A stretch of 64,000 nt of DNA from Gekko japonicus (taxonomy: Eukaryota). The stretch lies in the NCBI RefSeq assembly GCF_001447785.1, contig NW_015163610.1, positions 261,288 to 325,287 on the forward strand, written 5' to 3'. Below are positions 62,543 through 64,000 of the stretch, piece by piece. A model generated the notes under the pieces. That model was not told the DNA's origin, ran no database searches, and saw only the letters and a list, made by a program, of their open reading frames with translations. A program made the translations under genes and the position numbers. The number at the start of each line of letters is the position of its first letter. The first letter of the stretch is position 1.

Positions 62543-62913
62543 TTAGTCTTGTAGGTTCTTTAAAGGTATAGACACCATCTCTTCATGAGGACCTTGGAAC
62601 CCTAACTGGAACTGATAGCTTAATTCACAAATAAAAATTATTCACCCTCCAAACTGAACATTCTAGCTGGCACATATGACAAATAATCATCTGATTATGG
62701 CCTTTTCTGCATAATTCATCCTGGGCTTGCTGAAACTTGCCGAGGGATATATAGCAACTAGATGGCCATGTGTCTGGGGCTGACTTTTCAGTTGAGTGAA
62801 TTATCAATTATGAAGCTATGAACATAAGGAGAATTAAACTGCTGCTGTTGACCTGAGGTGAAAAGTTATTGTAAAATCACGAACATGCAGGTACTGGTAA
62901 TTTGTTGTATAAA

Positions 62914-63131
62914 TAGAGTTGCCAACCTCTAGGAGATCTCCTGAACATCTGGTATTACAACTGATCTTCAGATGACAGAGATCAGTTTCCCTGGAGAAAA
63001 TGACAACTTTAGCAGGTGGACTCTGTGGCATTATATGCTGCTGAGATGCCTCCTGTCCCCAAACTCCACCCTCCCCAGATTCCATCCCCCAAAATCTCTG
63101 GGTATTTTCCAACCCAGTGTTGGTAACCCTA
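62914..63131 (+). mobile_element. hAT-type MITE, family A
   Basis: tagagttgccaa / ttggtaacccta and degenerate TSD tgtataaa/tttataga. Confidence 0.8.
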
Positions 63132-64000
63132 TTTATAGAGAAGGTACATCAGAGCTCAGGGAAAAAGAGTTTCAGGGTTGAACAGAGTCTGAAGCCTGAT
63201 CTGTACAATCACAGAATGAGATTTGTAAGATGCTGAGGTAGTAGCAGCTACATACTGCTGCTCTCACACCTTTGAGATCTCTGTGTTTGAAACTCAGACA
63301 GAAAACCAGCACAATAGAGAGGGGAGTTTCTAGAAGTTTAATCCCTGACATGCTAGGTTTTTTTATTTTCAGGAAGTTTTCTTTTAATGTAGGGGAGCAT
63401 TAAAGAATGGCATCTTCACCTGCAGCCTGAAATCAGCTCTTCAGGGTCACTTTGCTTCATGAAAGAAAAGGAGAAGGGAGCAGGATAGAAAACAGTGTGC
63501 CAAAAGCTAGAAAGCAAGGTGGGATCGGTTTCCTGCCTGGAGAAAGGAAAAGCACCTCTGGTTAGTCCCAAGACTAGTGCTGCCAACTTCTATGGCAGAT
63601 CTTCCAAAGACAAGCAAGAAGGTTTCCTGTGTGGCTCTGCAAAGAAAAGGAGAGATATTCATTGGTGCTGAGTGAAATGAATAGCATCTACTGTAGTGAT
63701 TGGGCAAAATAGCCCGAGGAAGAAAAAGCTGATTAAAGAACCCACAAGAGTTAATAATTAAAGATTAGAGAGCAACCAAGAATCTCCCCCCGCCCCCCAA
63801 TGAATGCTGTTAGTTGCCCAGCAATAATGTTCCAAGATCCATCTCTAAACTTGGACAGAGGCTGCCTGCTAGGGAAATGCAGTAAAAATATAATGAAATA
63901 TAGGAAGAGCAGCATGAATAAACTCAATTAAATGTGGTAATGTAAGGGTTTCTCTGAATAAGGGAAATGACCCTGTTCAAGGATCAAGTTAGCAGAGGCA

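Larger units (their letters stand above)
2880..64000 (+). other. EPHB1: EPHB1 intron downstream of the ligand-binding-domain exon (runs past the window end)
   Basis: Starts with gtaaga. I did not find the next exon (expected ACPAGTFK...) in the sequence or the ORF track. This intron is known to be very long in amniotes. Confidence 0.85.

Overview
This is vertebrate genomic DNA from a squamate reptile, probably a gecko, judging by Sauria/Squam3-type SINEs, BovB and the MITE families. The only host coding sequence is one 682-bp internal exon of EPHB1 (+ strand, 2198-2879), encoding the ephrin ligand-binding domain and the start of the Cys-rich region. I recognise no other EPHB1 exon, so 1-2197 is read as the end of the preceding intron and 2880-64000 as the start of the next, very long intron. 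The intron is dense with transposable elements: CR1, L1, L2, BovB and Penelope fragments; tRNA- and 5S-derived SINEs; many hAT-type MITEs with 8-bp TSDs; Harbinger-type MITEs with 3-bp TSDs; and possible solo LTRs. It also has a compound tandem duplication and two assembly gaps. Almost all other ORFs in the track are spurious or TE-derived. The strongest lead is a set of non-autonomous hAT elements carrying non-transposase cargo (Pack-TIR-like). One is a 2.5-kb element nested in BovB that shares its termini with a 0.4-kb copy of different content; another is a 1.3-kb element carrying a CpG-island-like segment. Other leads are a chimeric retroposon with a Sauria-like head and L2-like tail, and MITEs carrying ETS-CRE or octamer motif arrays. 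All TE family names were assigned by eye and need Dfam/Repbase confirmation. I found no evidence of a new protein-coding system.
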